From: Minisyncoccota bacterium | Lineage (GTDB): Bacteria > Patescibacteriota > Minisyncoccia > UBA6257 > GWB1-50-10 | Assembly (NCBI GenBank): GCA_020059585.1 | Contig: JAGVBU010000002.1 | Location: 27,566 to 91,565 of the forward strand | Reading direction: 5' to 3' | Length of the DNA stretch: 64,000 nucleotides | Part shown: positions 19,581 to 28,733 of the stretch, in pieces | Numbering within the stretch: position 1 is the first letter of the stretch | How the letters are laid out: each line of letters begins with the position of its first letter | The notes under the pieces: model-generated | The model's input: the letters and a program-made list of their open reading frames with translations, nothing else | What the model was told of the DNA's origin: nothing | Database searches by the model: none | Program-made: the position numbers and the translations under genes

Positions 19581-20750
19581 TTATTGGTTTTGTTCCGACT
19601 GTATGTTTTGTGACGTCGGTACCGATGACGTCTCGAATTCATATCCATTGACGTTAGGGATCTGCGCAAGCGTGGTTGCCGCAGTGTGTACCGCCGTGCG
19701 CGCCGCCTCCATTACGGTCCGTACCGCCTGAAGATCGTTCTTCAACGCGTCGCGTGCGATTCCAACATCTGACTTCAACGCATCTTCCGTAGTAACGGTA
19801 AACGTATATACCTTGGGCATCTGCGCTTCAATGGCGCGCCGCGCGGTATCGATCGCGTTCTTCGCCCCGTCGATTGCGCTGCGCACCGTGCTCACGTCGC
19901 GTCCTCCCGCTTCCGCCTTATCTGCCCTTGTCGCAATATTCACGAGAATGCTCTCGAGCTTCTCGAGTGTTTTCGAGAAGGTGCCCAACATCCGCACATT
20001 CAATTCATTCATGTTCTCATTCACTCTCGAAAGAATCTCCTGTTTTTTCTCATCTCGCACCTTTTGCAATTGCGTTTCAAATTGCGCGCGTTTTTCCTGA
20101 AACTTTTCCGCAATCAACGTCTTCTGTTCTTCGAGACGTGCGGTGAACTGTTCGCGCTCCATGGCGATCTTTTTCAGAAATTCATCACGGTGATTTTGAA
20201 CCGCAGCAAATGCGTCTTCGCGCAATGCCTCGACTTTCATTTTCGATTCCTCATGAATTTTCTTTGCTTCTTCGAGTGCTGCCGTGCGCGCTTTCAAAAA
20301 GAATTCCGCGCCCTCTTTCTTTGCTTCATTCATCTCCTTCACTTCATTTCTCACTTCTTCGCGTACGCGAAGCATATCTTCCTTGCCCTCGTTCCGAATT
20401 TCATTTCGAACCTCAACCGCATTTCGCTGAATCATCCCTTTCGCGTCGAGATACTCGTTTTTCAGCATATCCGCGCCCTCGCGATATTCCTTGCGCATTT
20501 CGAGAAATTCATTCTGCGCCGCTGAATTCCCTTTTATGTCGTCTCTCGGTCCTGCCGCGGGTGCCGGAACGAATCCCGGTCGTGCGACCGGTGCGGGCAT
20601 CGGCCTCACAATATCTATCGGAGGAACCTGCCCCACGTTTGTTCCCGTCGCGGGAAGCGGAGTGTCCACCACAGGCGCATCCTGCGCAAACGCCCCCGGA
20701 ACCGCAACCATACAAACTGCAATAAAAATATATATAAATGTTTTGTGCAT
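19581..20750 (-). CDS. Secreted coiled-coil protein
   Basis: Signal peptide ending AFA-Q, Pro-rich linker, long E/K/R/A helical region. Confidence 0.75.
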   Translation of the reverse strand: MHKTFIYIFIAVCMVAVPGAFAQDAPVVDTPLPATGTNVGQVPPIDIVRPMPAPVARPGFVPAPAAGPRDDIKGNSAAQNEFLEMRKEYREGADMLKNEYLDAKGMIQRNAVEVRNEIRNEGKEDMLRVREEVRNEVKEMNEAKKEGAEFFLKARTAALEEAKKIHEESKMKVEALREDAFAAVQNHRDEFLKKIAMEREQFTARLEEQKTLIAEKFQEKRAQFETQLQKVRDEKKQEILSRVNENMNELNVRMLGTFSKTLEKLESILVNIATRADKAEAGGRDVSTVRSAIDGAKNAIDTARRAIEAQMPKVYTFTVTTEDALKSDVGIARDALKNDLQAVRTVMEAARTAVHTAATTLAQIPNVNGYEFETSSVPTSQNIQSEQNQ

Positions 20751-20953
20751 ACGTGTTTTTTTCTTCGCTACACGACCTTTCCCAACATACGCGCTGGGTA
20801 TGTATTTATTATACACCATATTCTTCCCGCCGTGATAAAAAATGAACCTCGATTTCTCGAGGTAAAAATATAGAGGCGCGCGGCATCATATGCCGTCTCT
20901 CCGCTGGCCCAGCCAAAGTACCAGCCGATTACACGGTGTGCCGCGCAACCAAA

Positions 20954-21280
20954 TCAATATACGTGGTATGTGCCGAAATATTGTCGCGCTTTGAGCGCGG
21001 TAACAATGGATTGCACGCGTTCCTCAGTAAGTGCCGAGGATTCTTCCGAAGGAAATTCCATTTCTATGACAGCATTCAGAATCCTCCCTATTTCATCTGC
21101 GGCCGCATCCACACTTTCGAATTGCGCGTCTTCTTTGCGAACGAGATATCTGAAATTTTTTCCCGGACCGCGAGATATCATAAAACCAAAGGTCTTTTTC
21201 TTGAGATCCTCCAAGATTCCGAAACTCAGATCATCGGGATTTGAAAATATTTCCAGTGCTACATCTTGAGCAATATCCAT
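20954..21280 (-). CDS. Hypothetical protein
   Basis: GGAGG before the ATG at 21280; own promoter. Confidence 0.6.
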   Translation of the reverse strand: MDIAQDVALEIFSNPDDLSFGILEDLKKKTFGFMISRGPGKNFRYLVRKEDAQFESVDAAADEIGRILNAVIEMEFPSEESSALTEERVQSIVTALKARQYFGTYHVY

Positions 21281-21387
21281 CTTCCAGCCTCCGTAAATAA
21301 TGCTAGTTAGGATACTACGCATAAAATACCGCCGTGTCAAAAAAAAATCCCCGCGTTCAAGCCGCGGGGAATAATATAAAGAATGCC

Positions 21388-21732
21388 TTACATTTTTTTC
21401 ACGTATTTACGGACTGCCCACACTTTTTTTCCGTTATAAGAGAATGTGATCCCGTCCTCGGGTGATTCGTATTTCAGAAGCTTCTTTGGCGTCCTTCCGT
21501 CGAATACGGGAGATTTTATCACGCACTTTTTCAGGATTCTTGGTCCTCCAGTGAACACGATGTCCATTGTGGAGCCGGGAAGAACGCTGAAGGGAATCTC
21601 AGGAAACTTGTCCGTATCAAAATATTCTTTCTCTTCCTGCGGAAGTTTTCCTTCCGAGACGAGTACGGTCACTACATTATGCTCTTTCTGTTCAACGCCG
21701 ATGAAACTATAGAAAAACTTGTTCGATTTCAT
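21388..21732 (-). CDS. Hypothetical protein
   Basis: GGAGG RBS; terminator hairpin at about 21340-21370. Confidence 0.6.
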   Translation of the reverse strand: MKSNKFFYSFIGVEQKEHNVVTVLVSEGKLPQEEKEYFDTDKFPEIPFSVLPGSTMDIVFTGGPRILKKCVIKSPVFDGRTPKKLLKYESPEDGITFSYNGKKVWAVRKYVKKM

Positions 21733-21851
21733 TTCACCCCTCCGTTTTCAATATGCGTCTGATAAATATAATATCATACCGGATGTGATAAGAAAGCTTT
21801 TTAAGACAAACAGATTCTCTTTTTATATAAAAATCCGAACGTAAGTTCGGA

Positions 21852-22580
21852 TTAATTTTCTGTTGCCTCACTCGAAACTTCTCCCACCTCGATAATTTTT
21901 ACTTCTTTTCGATCAATAACGATAAATGTGCTCGGAATATCGGTCCAGCATCCCGTATTGTAATACATCACGGAACCGAACTCCTTCCGCATCGCCTGAT
22001 GGGTATGTCCACAAAATACGGCATGAATCCCATTTTTTCTCGCATATTCAGCGGCAAGTTTTGATACTTTCTCGGAAAGTCTGAGCCACGATTTACTCAT
22101 GCGCTTTATAAGACGGCTCAATCGCTGTTTCCGGTCAAGTTTTTGAATCACAAGATAAATCCAACTCGCAATATCTCCTAGTACCTTGTTTTTCACAAGA
22201 AAACTGTCGAACTGATGGCCGTGTATCGCGAGATACCGCACTCCCTCGTGTTCCCATATGTATTCTTCAAATACATTGATACCAAGAAGATGTGACGTCA
22301 CTTCCGCAAGAAGCGTATCGTGATTTCCCACGATCCAGACAATCTCAATGCCCCGTTTCTCCGACGAAAGTTTCCGGATATAAGAGAGAAACGCCCAGTG
22401 CTGTTTCCGAAGTCGGTGAAAGTTCATATCGTCAAACACGTCCCCAAGAAGAATAAGTCTTTTGAAGCGATACCCCTCAAGCGTCCGTACGAGCGCTTTT
22501 GCGCGACTCACTTCCGAACCAAGATGAATATCCGAAACAATGACTGTATCGACATACCGAATATCCAATTTTTCTTCCAC
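21852..22580 (-). CDS. Calcineurin-like metallophosphoesterase (LpxH-like family)
   Basis: SDIHLG, LGDVFD, GNHD, HGH, GHTH, NTGCW. Confidence 0.88.
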   Translation of the reverse strand: MEEKLDIRYVDTVIVSDIHLGSEVSRAKALVRTLEGYRFKRLILLGDVFDDMNFHRLRKQHWAFLSYIRKLSSEKRGIEIVWIVGNHDTLLAEVTSHLLGINVFEEYIWEHEGVRYLAIHGHQFDSFLVKNKVLGDIASWIYLVIQKLDRKQRLSRLIKRMSKSWLRLSEKVSKLAAEYARKNGIHAVFCGHTHQAMRKEFGSVMYYNTGCWTDIPSTFIVIDRKEVKIIEVGEVSSEATEN

Positions 22581-22707
22581 GTATACTCTCCAGTTATTTT
22601 TATATTCTGACTTGAACGTACCACTTCGGTCGTGTATGCGTCAAATATTTGTAAAAAAATGCCGCTCGAAGAATTCGAACGGTATTAATAAATTTTGAAG
22701 GGAGAAA

Positions 22708-23040
22708 TTAAATCCCCTTCTGCAGCGGAACGGACTGATAAAATCCCGCCTCGTTTTTTTTATCAACGGTAACCGAAGAAAAAGTCCCGCCGAATGTGTC
22801 GACAAGAACATCCCAGGAAAATTTCTCGATGAGATATGAATCTTCCGGCTCTTTTTCCATGAGGCCCTTCGCTTTCTCCTCGTCCGAGAAAATCAATAAT
22901 GCCCCGCTACCCGTAAGAACTCCTTCGTGTTCCTTACTCTTGATAATCCAGCATGGATCCGGATGAGGAAAAGAAACAGTTATTTTCTTACCCACCATAA
23001 CTCCGGGAGCGATTTCCTTGAATTTGCTTTTCATAAGCAT
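22708..23040 (-). CDS. Hypothetical protein
   Basis: AAGGAG RBS; hairpin downstream. Confidence 0.55.
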   Translation of the reverse strand: MLMKSKFKEIAPGVMVGKKITVSFPHPDPCWIIKSKEHEGVLTGSGALLIFSDEEKAKGLMEKEPEDSYLIEKFSWDVLVDTFGGTFSSVTVDKKNEAGFYQSVPLQKGI

Positions 23041-23152
23041 CTCCTTTTTTGTGAATATGTAATTCAGATACTGCGGTTAAAATACAATGAAAATTGATTT
23101 GTGTCAAAATACGAAAGAAATAAAAAAACCCCGCGAGCGGGGTTCTACAAAA

Positions 23153-23656
23153 TTAGCAATGATTCTGGAAAGATAGTTTCTTTGCGCTCATATTTACGTG
23201 ATGACGATACCAACTCTCCGCTTTGCTTCTACATTCAGAGCAGCAGTATCCTCCGATAAGCGCGCTGTTTGTAATCACCTCATATCCCTCTCGTACCGTA
23301 CTCTTCGCGGTTTTCAATACACACGCGCACGCATTCACTCCCATAACGATAACTTTCTTTCTTTCTATCTTTTTTAGAATTCCGCTTATGGGCGTGCTCT
23401 CGAATGCATCATCGGTCGTCTTTCTTATTTTCTGGTGATTGGGAATTTTTTGTATCTCATCATTTAAATCCGCGATCGTATTTCCTTCTCCGGAATATTC
23501 GAAAATAATAACGGGAATGTCAAAATTTTTGCATTCTTTGAGAATAGAAATCTGTCCGGGAATCAATGATCTTTTTTCCTCATTTAGGAATCCGTACTGC
23601 ATATCGATGAGAAAAACGACGCATTCGTCGGCCATCAACTTCAATTCCGTCTCCAC
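23153..23656 (-). CDS. Isochorismatase/cysteine hydrolase family protein
   Basis: IDMQ, K...DAF, GVNACACV..TA. Confidence 0.82.
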   Translation of the reverse strand: METELKLMADECVVFLIDMQYGFLNEEKRSLIPGQISILKECKNFDIPVIIFEYSGEGNTIADLNDEIQKIPNHQKIRKTTDDAFESTPISGILKKIERKKVIVMGVNACACVLKTAKSTVREGYEVITNSALIGGYCCSECRSKAESWYRHHVNMSAKKLSFQNHC

Positions 23657-23823
23657 TATCTACCTCCCTAATAAATTTTTTAAATGCGTATTGAATTGCT
23701 GTTATAATAATATAACATTTTATGCATTCTGTCAATATATTGTATGCCCGATGGGGATCGCCAAACGCATTGCTTCAGGGCACCCGAAACAAAAAAACGC
23801 CTGCAGCGTTTTTCGTTTTAACG

Positions 23824-23895
23824 GGTGCCTAACGGGAATTGAACCCGTGTCATCCGCTCCACAGGCGGATGCTCTACCATTGAGCTATAGGCACC
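23824..23895 (-). tRNA. tRNA-His (GTG)
   Basis: G-1, acceptor gtgccta/taggcac, anticodon arm tccgc-ctGTGga-gcgga, T arm acggg-ttcaatt-cccgt. Confidence 0.93.
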
Positions 23896-23898
23896 ATA

Positions 23899-24369
23899 TT
23901 ACAAATCCTCTCCAAAATGATGGACGAGGATATGGCAATTATGGCATAGCCATACAAGATTCTCAACCTTATTATTTTTTCGATTATTATCTTTATGATG
24001 AACGGCTAAAATCCTCTTATCAGACACTTTACACAGCACGCATACCATTGGAATATTGTGCCTCTTTATTACATTTCTATAGGCATATTCTCCCGTCTTC
24101 CAGTTTGAATGTTTCTTTCCAACAAATTCCCCATTCCTCCACCTCGTTTGACATGATTTACTGCAAAAATATTTTTTACTTTTCGAATGTTGTAGCGCTC
24201 GTTGAGTTTTATATATTTCTTTCTTACAAACAGAACACTTCACAAAATTTCCATTTTTCTGTGCTTCGTGCTGGCATTTTCTAGAACAATATTTCCCAAA
24301 ACCTCTTTTCAACCAAAACGGTTTTGCATAAAATTCTTTTTTACAAATTCTACATAAAACGTCCGGCAT
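23899..24369 (-). CDS. Zinc-finger plus HNH endonuclease
   Basis: CxxC...YCSxxC repeats, C-terminal CVLC...VHHKDNNRKNN..ENL..LCHNCH...H; AT-rich. Confidence 0.85.
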   Translation of the reverse strand: MPDVLCRICKKEFYAKPFWLKRGFGKYCSRKCQHEAQKNGNFVKCSVCKKEIYKTQRALQHSKSKKYFCSKSCQTRWRNGEFVGKKHSNWKTGEYAYRNVIKRHNIPMVCVLCKVSDKRILAVHHKDNNRKNNKVENLVWLCHNCHILVHHFGEDL

Positions 24370-24500
24370 ATGTTCATAATACAAAAAAATACCCCATAGT
24401 AAAATGGGTTGTCTGTGGATGAAATGCTTTATACGATTAAACCTTTTCCAATTTTCAAATAAAATCGAGAATTCGAAACATACAAAGAATACCCCGATTG

Positions 24501-24911
24501 CTATTCTTCTTCAATATCAGAGGATTTTCCTTCCCTTCTGGATTTCTTCTTCTGATAACGGAGATGGTTGTGTCTCACTTCCCGCTCCTTCACGCTGTTC
24601 CGCTTTCTTGTCGGAATGCGTGGCGGATCTTTATGGAGCGCTTCCTTGATAAGCTCATTCAATTTTTCAATCACACGCTCCTTATTCCGCTCTTGAAACC
24701 GCTCCTCCTCGCTCTCCACAAGAAGCTCGTCATCCTGATCAATGCGGTTCGAAAGTTTTTCCCGTATTCTTTTCTTCTCTTCTTCCGAAAACGGCAACGC
24801 CTCTATTTTCACCTGCGCCTGCACTTTCGTCGCTCGTTTATTGACCCTCTGACCTCCCGGACCGCTTGATCGCGCCGTTTTAAAGCGAATATATTTCTCA
24901 TCAATCGCCAT
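24501..24911 (-). CDS. arfB: Alternative ribosome-rescue peptidyl-tRNA hydrolase ArfB
   Basis: RSSGPGGQ.VNK, R.Q..N, basic C-terminal tail R.PT. Confidence 0.88.
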   Translation of the reverse strand: MAIDEKYIRFKTARSSGPGGQRVNKRATKVQAQVKIEALPFSEEEKKRIREKLSNRIDQDDELLVESEEERFQERNKERVIEKLNELIKEALHKDPPRIPTRKRNSVKEREVRHNHLRYQKKKSRREGKSSDIEEE

Positions 24912-24952
24912 ATTTCTTGTTTCTCACGAAAATTATACGGTATAATGAAGCA

Positions 24953-25612
24953 ATGGACAATTTGCTGGAGCATGTGGGAAATTGGATCCTCCAAAACCCC
25001 TCATGGACCGACCTGATCCTCGCCGCGGGTATCATTATTCAAGGAGAACTCACCATTCTCCTTTCTGTCTACCTCGCCATAAATGACAATATCGGATGGG
25101 ATCAGTTTGTTATTGTGACTCTTGGCACGCTCGTCATCGGCGAGACATTCGTCTACATTGTGGGAAGAACACTTCGCAATACGAGATTCGGGTGGAAACT
25201 CTATAAGAAAAACAAATCAAACAGAAAAATACAGGCATATACGCACTATCTCAAGAAAAACACGGGGAAACTTCTGATACTCGCCAAATTCCTCCCCGCC
25301 ACGAATCTCATCATTCTTATCCTTATCGGTTGGTCCCGAACGAAATTTATGACATTTTTCAAGACGTATCTCCCCGCGGTGCTTCTCTGGTTTTCTAGCA
25401 TGACGGTCGTCGCGTATTTTCTCATGTCGGGTCTTCATTACCTCCGATCGACAAAGGTATTCCGGCAGGTGGAAATAGGCATTGTCGTGATATTCGTGCT
25501 TATATTCCTTGGAGAACATATTCTGCGACGGGCTATAGGGAAACGAACACCACTTACGGAACGAGACGATGAGGAAGAGGAAGAATGTGAAAATAAAAAC
25601 CCCTCCGCATAG
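24953..25612 (+). CDS. DedA-like membrane protein
   Basis: QGE, GE...Y..GR, AKFLP; TATAAT 6 nt before the ATG. Confidence 0.7.
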   Translation: MDNLLEHVGNWILQNPSWTDLILAAGIIIQGELTILLSVYLAINDNIGWDQFVIVTLGTLVIGETFVYIVGRTLRNTRFGWKLYKKNKSNRKIQAYTHYLKKNTGKLLILAKFLPATNLIILILIGWSRTKFMTFFKTYLPAVLLWFSSMTVVAYFLMSGLHYLRSTKVFRQVEIGIVVIFVLIFLGEHILRRAIGKRTPLTERDDEEEEECENKNPSA

Positions 25613-25617
25613 GGGGG

Positions 25618-26367
25618 TTATTTTTTTGAAATCTCCTTCGCGTATTTCAAAACATTTTTCGCATACGTTCTGCTGTTATTATATTTCATAAGCGACGCTA
25701 TCGGATCTTTTTGATTCCATCCCGTAGTGTGAAGATAATGCGCGATGCTCCATACCGTATCAGTGAAATTCCGAAGAATATCTGCATTCCCGTCTCCATC
25801 GCCATCGATTGCAAAAGAGAATGAGGAAGGCATGAACTGAGGAAGTCCCACCGCACCCGCCCATGAGGTCGGAATAGAAAACGGATCGAGCATTCGGGCT
25901 TCGCACACTATACATATTTTCTTGAATTCACTCGCAAGATATCGTTTTCTCTTTTCGCTTTTCGCAACGGAAAAGAGGGTGAAATACGTATTCGGAGCCT
26001 TATGTGTTCCGAGAAAAAGACCAAGATCGGATTCGACTCGAAATACCGCAACGATAACATCCGCGGGAATCCCAAATTTCTTTGACGCGTCTTGTACGGG
26101 AATATAAGATTTGAGAAAACTCCTTCCGCGTGCCACAGACTCTTCCGTAAAAAGAAAACTATAATCCGGCTTTGTCCTGCGCTTCAGAATTCCAAGAATC
26201 GAGGAGTCGATTCCAAATCGCGGATCATTTGTGATGGAATGCACGGCAGAATCCGACACTCCCGCGCGGGAGAGAAATTTCCCGAACGAAACCTTCTTGT
26301 CGTTCGCCTGTCCGCATATACACACGGAAAAGAACATAAGAAAAATCAATACGACCGCGTATCGCAT
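25618..26367 (-). CDS. Lytic murein transglycosylase (MltB/SLT_2 family)
   Basis: Signal peptide, VES, SWAGAVGLPQFMPSS, DGDGDG EF-hand-like loop, SIAHYL...GW, YNNS. Confidence 0.88.
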   Translation of the reverse strand: MRYAVVLIFLMFFSVCICGQANDKKVSFGKFLSRAGVSDSAVHSITNDPRFGIDSSILGILKRRTKPDYSFLFTEESVARGRSFLKSYIPVQDASKKFGIPADVIVAVFRVESDLGLFLGTHKAPNTYFTLFSVAKSEKRKRYLASEFKKICIVCEARMLDPFSIPTSWAGAVGLPQFMPSSFSFAIDGDGDGNADILRNFTDTVWSIAHYLHTTGWNQKDPIASLMKYNNSRTYAKNVLKYAKEISKK

Positions 26368-26434
26368 ACTCGGCTCCTTTGTGGTTAATTTTCTGTTTTC
26401 AGCGTACACCGAAAAACACTCCCCTGTAAAATCC

Positions 26435-26767
26435 TCAACTCTTCATCGCGTTTATCTTCGCCGCCATAATAAAATCATTTTCCGAGAGTCCTCCAATCGC
26501 ATGGGTTGAGAGCTCTATAATCACGTTTTTGTACGAGACAAGATGAATATCGGGGTGGTGTCCCTCTTCTTCCGCAATTTTCCCCACGGCGTTTACAAAC
26601 GAGAGTGCCGCGGCAAAATCAGAATTTTCAAATGTATGTATTATCTTCTTTCCGTCATCACTCATCTCCCACCCAAGCACTCCCGCGAGATATTTCTGCG
26701 ATTCCTCTTTCGTCATGGGCTTTGCTCCCCCCTCACATGGCACGCATTTTTTATTTAATAGATCCAT
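26435..26767 (-). CDS. phhB: Pterin-4-alpha-carbinolamine dehydratase
   Basis: CVPCEGG, AEEEGHHPDI, THAIGGLSENDFIMAAKI. Confidence 0.9.
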   Translation of the reverse strand: MDLLNKKCVPCEGGAKPMTKEESQKYLAGVLGWEMSDDGKKIIHTFENSDFAAALSFVNAVGKIAEEEGHHPDIHLVSYKNVIIELSTHAIGGLSENDFIMAAKINAMKS

Positions 26768-26782
26768 GGGGTAAGTATACGG

Positions 26783-26803
26783 TAGTAAGTAGTAAGTAGT
26801 AAG
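26783..26803. repeat. Perfect heptamer repeat (TAGTAAG)x3
   Basis: tagtaagtagtaagtagtaag. Confidence 0.8.
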
Positions 26804-26804
26804 G

Positions 26805-27066
26805 GTTCGATTCACCCTCGTCCCGATTTTCATCGGGACTCCTCTGCGGAAATAAGAATCCCGCCAGTCTATAGACTGGCGGGATGATGGTGCCGCGGGG
26901 GTGAGATCGCCCTCGACTCAAAAGAGTGCCGTCGCACTCTTTTGGTCTGGGCACCGGCTCGCGGTGCATTCTGCTGAATGCACATCGCTCCGCCGTTCGA
27001 TTCACCACGCAACGCACGCAGGTGCGTTGCTCCCGCATAAAAACCCCTGAAGGGGTTTTTATTTTG
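26805..27066 (-). repeat. tRNA-Phe 3' trailer array: one complete 176 bp unit plus a partial unit
   Basis: 3'-end copy at 26890-26904; antisense segments at 26995-27006 and 26805-26817. Confidence 0.8.
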
Positions 27067-27138
27067 TGCCGCGGGGGTGAATCGAACACCCGACACGACG
27101 CTCTTCAGGCGACTGCTCTACCACTGAGCTACCGCGGC
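27067..27138 (-). tRNA. tRNA-Phe (GAA)
   Basis: gccgcgg/ccgcggc acceptor, ctGAAga loop, gggtg-ttcgatt-caccc T arm. Confidence 0.92.
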
Positions 27139-27327
27139 GAATGGTGAGGAAAAGAATATATGTAATATATTGTTTTCGAACCGTGATGCCGAGGAATATT
27201 GCGTAAAACGCGCACCCCGCGACATCTCTGTCATAACGAAGAATATCACACGAAAAATACTTTTTCAATTTGGGTCGACACATTTATTTGCATGGAATAC
27301 AATAATACCAACACAAAAAATATACCT

Positions 27328-28068
27328 ATGCTCATCAACATTCTCACCGCAAGCATCATTGGAAGTGTCCTCGCTCTCGCGGGAGGGCTTCTTCTCCTCT
27401 GGAAAGAAAAATATATCCGAAACGCATCGCTTCTTCTTGTAAGTTTTGCCGCGGGAAGCCTTCTCGGCGCGGCGTTTTTTGATCTGCTTCCTGAAGCAAT
27501 TCACGAAGGAGGCGATCCCGCGGGAATATTCTCATTCGTACTCGGGGGAATTCTCGTGCTTTTTCTCTTTGAAAAACTCCTTAAATGGTATCATTGTCAC
27601 AATAAAGGCGTCTGCGAATACCACACCTTTTCAAGCGCGGTGCTTTTCGGTGATACCGTACACAATTTCATCGATGGAATCATCATCGCCCTCAGTTTCG
27701 GGCTTGGTGTGGAAATAGGCATCGCAACCACTATCGCGGTATTTCTCCATGAAATTCCTCAGGAGATAGGAGACTTTGGAGTGCTCCTCCACGCGGGATG
27801 GGAAAAGAAAAAAATCATTCTCGTGAATCTCGGCACCGCACTCGCCACCATCCTTGGAGGAATCCTCGGATATATCGCGCTTCCCTACGTATCTTCATTT
27901 CTTCCTCACCTCATAGGATTCGCCGCGGGAACATTTATCTATATCGCCGTGTCCGATCTTATGCCGGAACTCCGCCACGAGTCGAAACCGAAAGAGTTCG
28001 CTCATTTTTTCACCATTCTTCTCGGAATTCTCACTATTGTCGCCATCGGATCTTTCTTTGATCATTAA
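27328..28068 (+). CDS. ZIP family zinc/metal transporter
   Basis: FAAG.LLGAAFFDLLPEA, HNFIDG, HEIPQEIGDF, YIA.SDLMPE. Confidence 0.9.
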   Translation: MLINILTASIIGSVLALAGGLLLLWKEKYIRNASLLLVSFAAGSLLGAAFFDLLPEAIHEGGDPAGIFSFVLGGILVLFLFEKLLKWYHCHNKGVCEYHTFSSAVLFGDTVHNFIDGIIIALSFGLGVEIGIATTIAVFLHEIPQEIGDFGVLLHAGWEKKKIILVNLGTALATILGGILGYIALPYVSSFLPHLIGFAAGTFIYIAVSDLMPELRHESKPKEFAHFFTILLGILTIVAIGSFFDH

Positions 28069-28094
28069 GGCCCTTGCGCGCAAAACAATTTTTT

Positions 28095-28618
28095 GCCCTC
28101 GCCTCTCAGTCGCGCCGACGCGCTCTTTCGGGCTGGGCACCGCCTCGCGTGCATGTCTTCTGACACGCACTGGCTCCGGCGTACAAAATAGAACGCGAGA
28201 CAAATAATTGTCTCGCTTATGCGGCTTACGCCGCATTCTATTTTGTACCCCCGGCAGGAAAAAGGAATCGCCTACAAGTTCCTCCTCGTCGTCACTCGTC
28301 GGACTCGCAGGCCGCCGCTCGCCATGCATTCTGCTGAATGCATATGGCTGCGCGCTTCGATTCCTGCCCGCAAAACAATTGTTTTGCTTGGGGATACGAT
28401 AAAACACACAAAATTGTGTGTTTTATTTTCGTACCCCCGGCAGGAATCGGCTCCGACTAAAATTTTCACCGTCGTGAAAATTTTGTCTAGCCGCCGCCTC
28501 GCTCCCACGCCTACTGGCGTGGGTCCCGCTCCGGCGTTCGATTCCGCACGCAAGCAAATACTTTTGCTTGCTCGGGGGAAACAAATCCCGCCAGTCTATA
28601 GACTGGCGGGATGATTTG
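28095..28618 (-). repeat. tRNA-Arg 3' trailer array: two complete units (187 and 186 bp) plus a partial third
   Basis: gtacccccggcaggaa at 28245, 28431 and 28618 (the last is the tRNA itself). Confidence 0.85.
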
Positions 28619-28690
28619 TACCCCCGGCAGGAATCGAACCCGCATCAAGGCCTTAGAAGAGCCCTGCACTATCCATTGTGCTACGGGGGC
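28619..28690 (-). tRNA. tRNA-Arg (TCT)
   Basis: gcccccg/cgggggt acceptor, ctTCTaa loop, gcggg-ttcgatt-cctgc T arm. Confidence 0.92.
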
Positions 28691-28733
28691 GTATTTCCAC
28701 GCTAAAGAAACTCGCGTGGAAAGTCAAAAAACA

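Noticed and set aside
21852-22580. Evidence for lipid A synthesis (LpxH)
   Set aside because: The metallophosphoesterase family is broad and no other lpx genes are in the window.
23439-24284. 281 aa plus-strand ORF
   Set aside because: Antisense shadow across the hydrolase, tRNA-His and HNH genes.
20830-24400. Prophage or integron at tRNA-His
   Set aside because: No integrase, phage structural genes, distal att duplication or repeated attC found.
26890-26910. Extra tRNA genes or intron-split tRNAs at the duplicated ends (also 28431, 28245, 31316)
   Set aside because: Only 3' fragments are present with no D or anticodon arms, and the upstream genes are already complete.
26751-28614. Short ORFs over the tRNA trailer regions
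   Set aside because: By-products of GC-rich palindromic DNA with no protein features; only the ZIP transporter is accepted here.
28245-28640. CRISPR array (three regularly spaced repeats)
   Set aside because: The repeats are tRNA-Arg 3' ends, the spacers are ~170 bp and structurally related to each other, and no cas genes are present.
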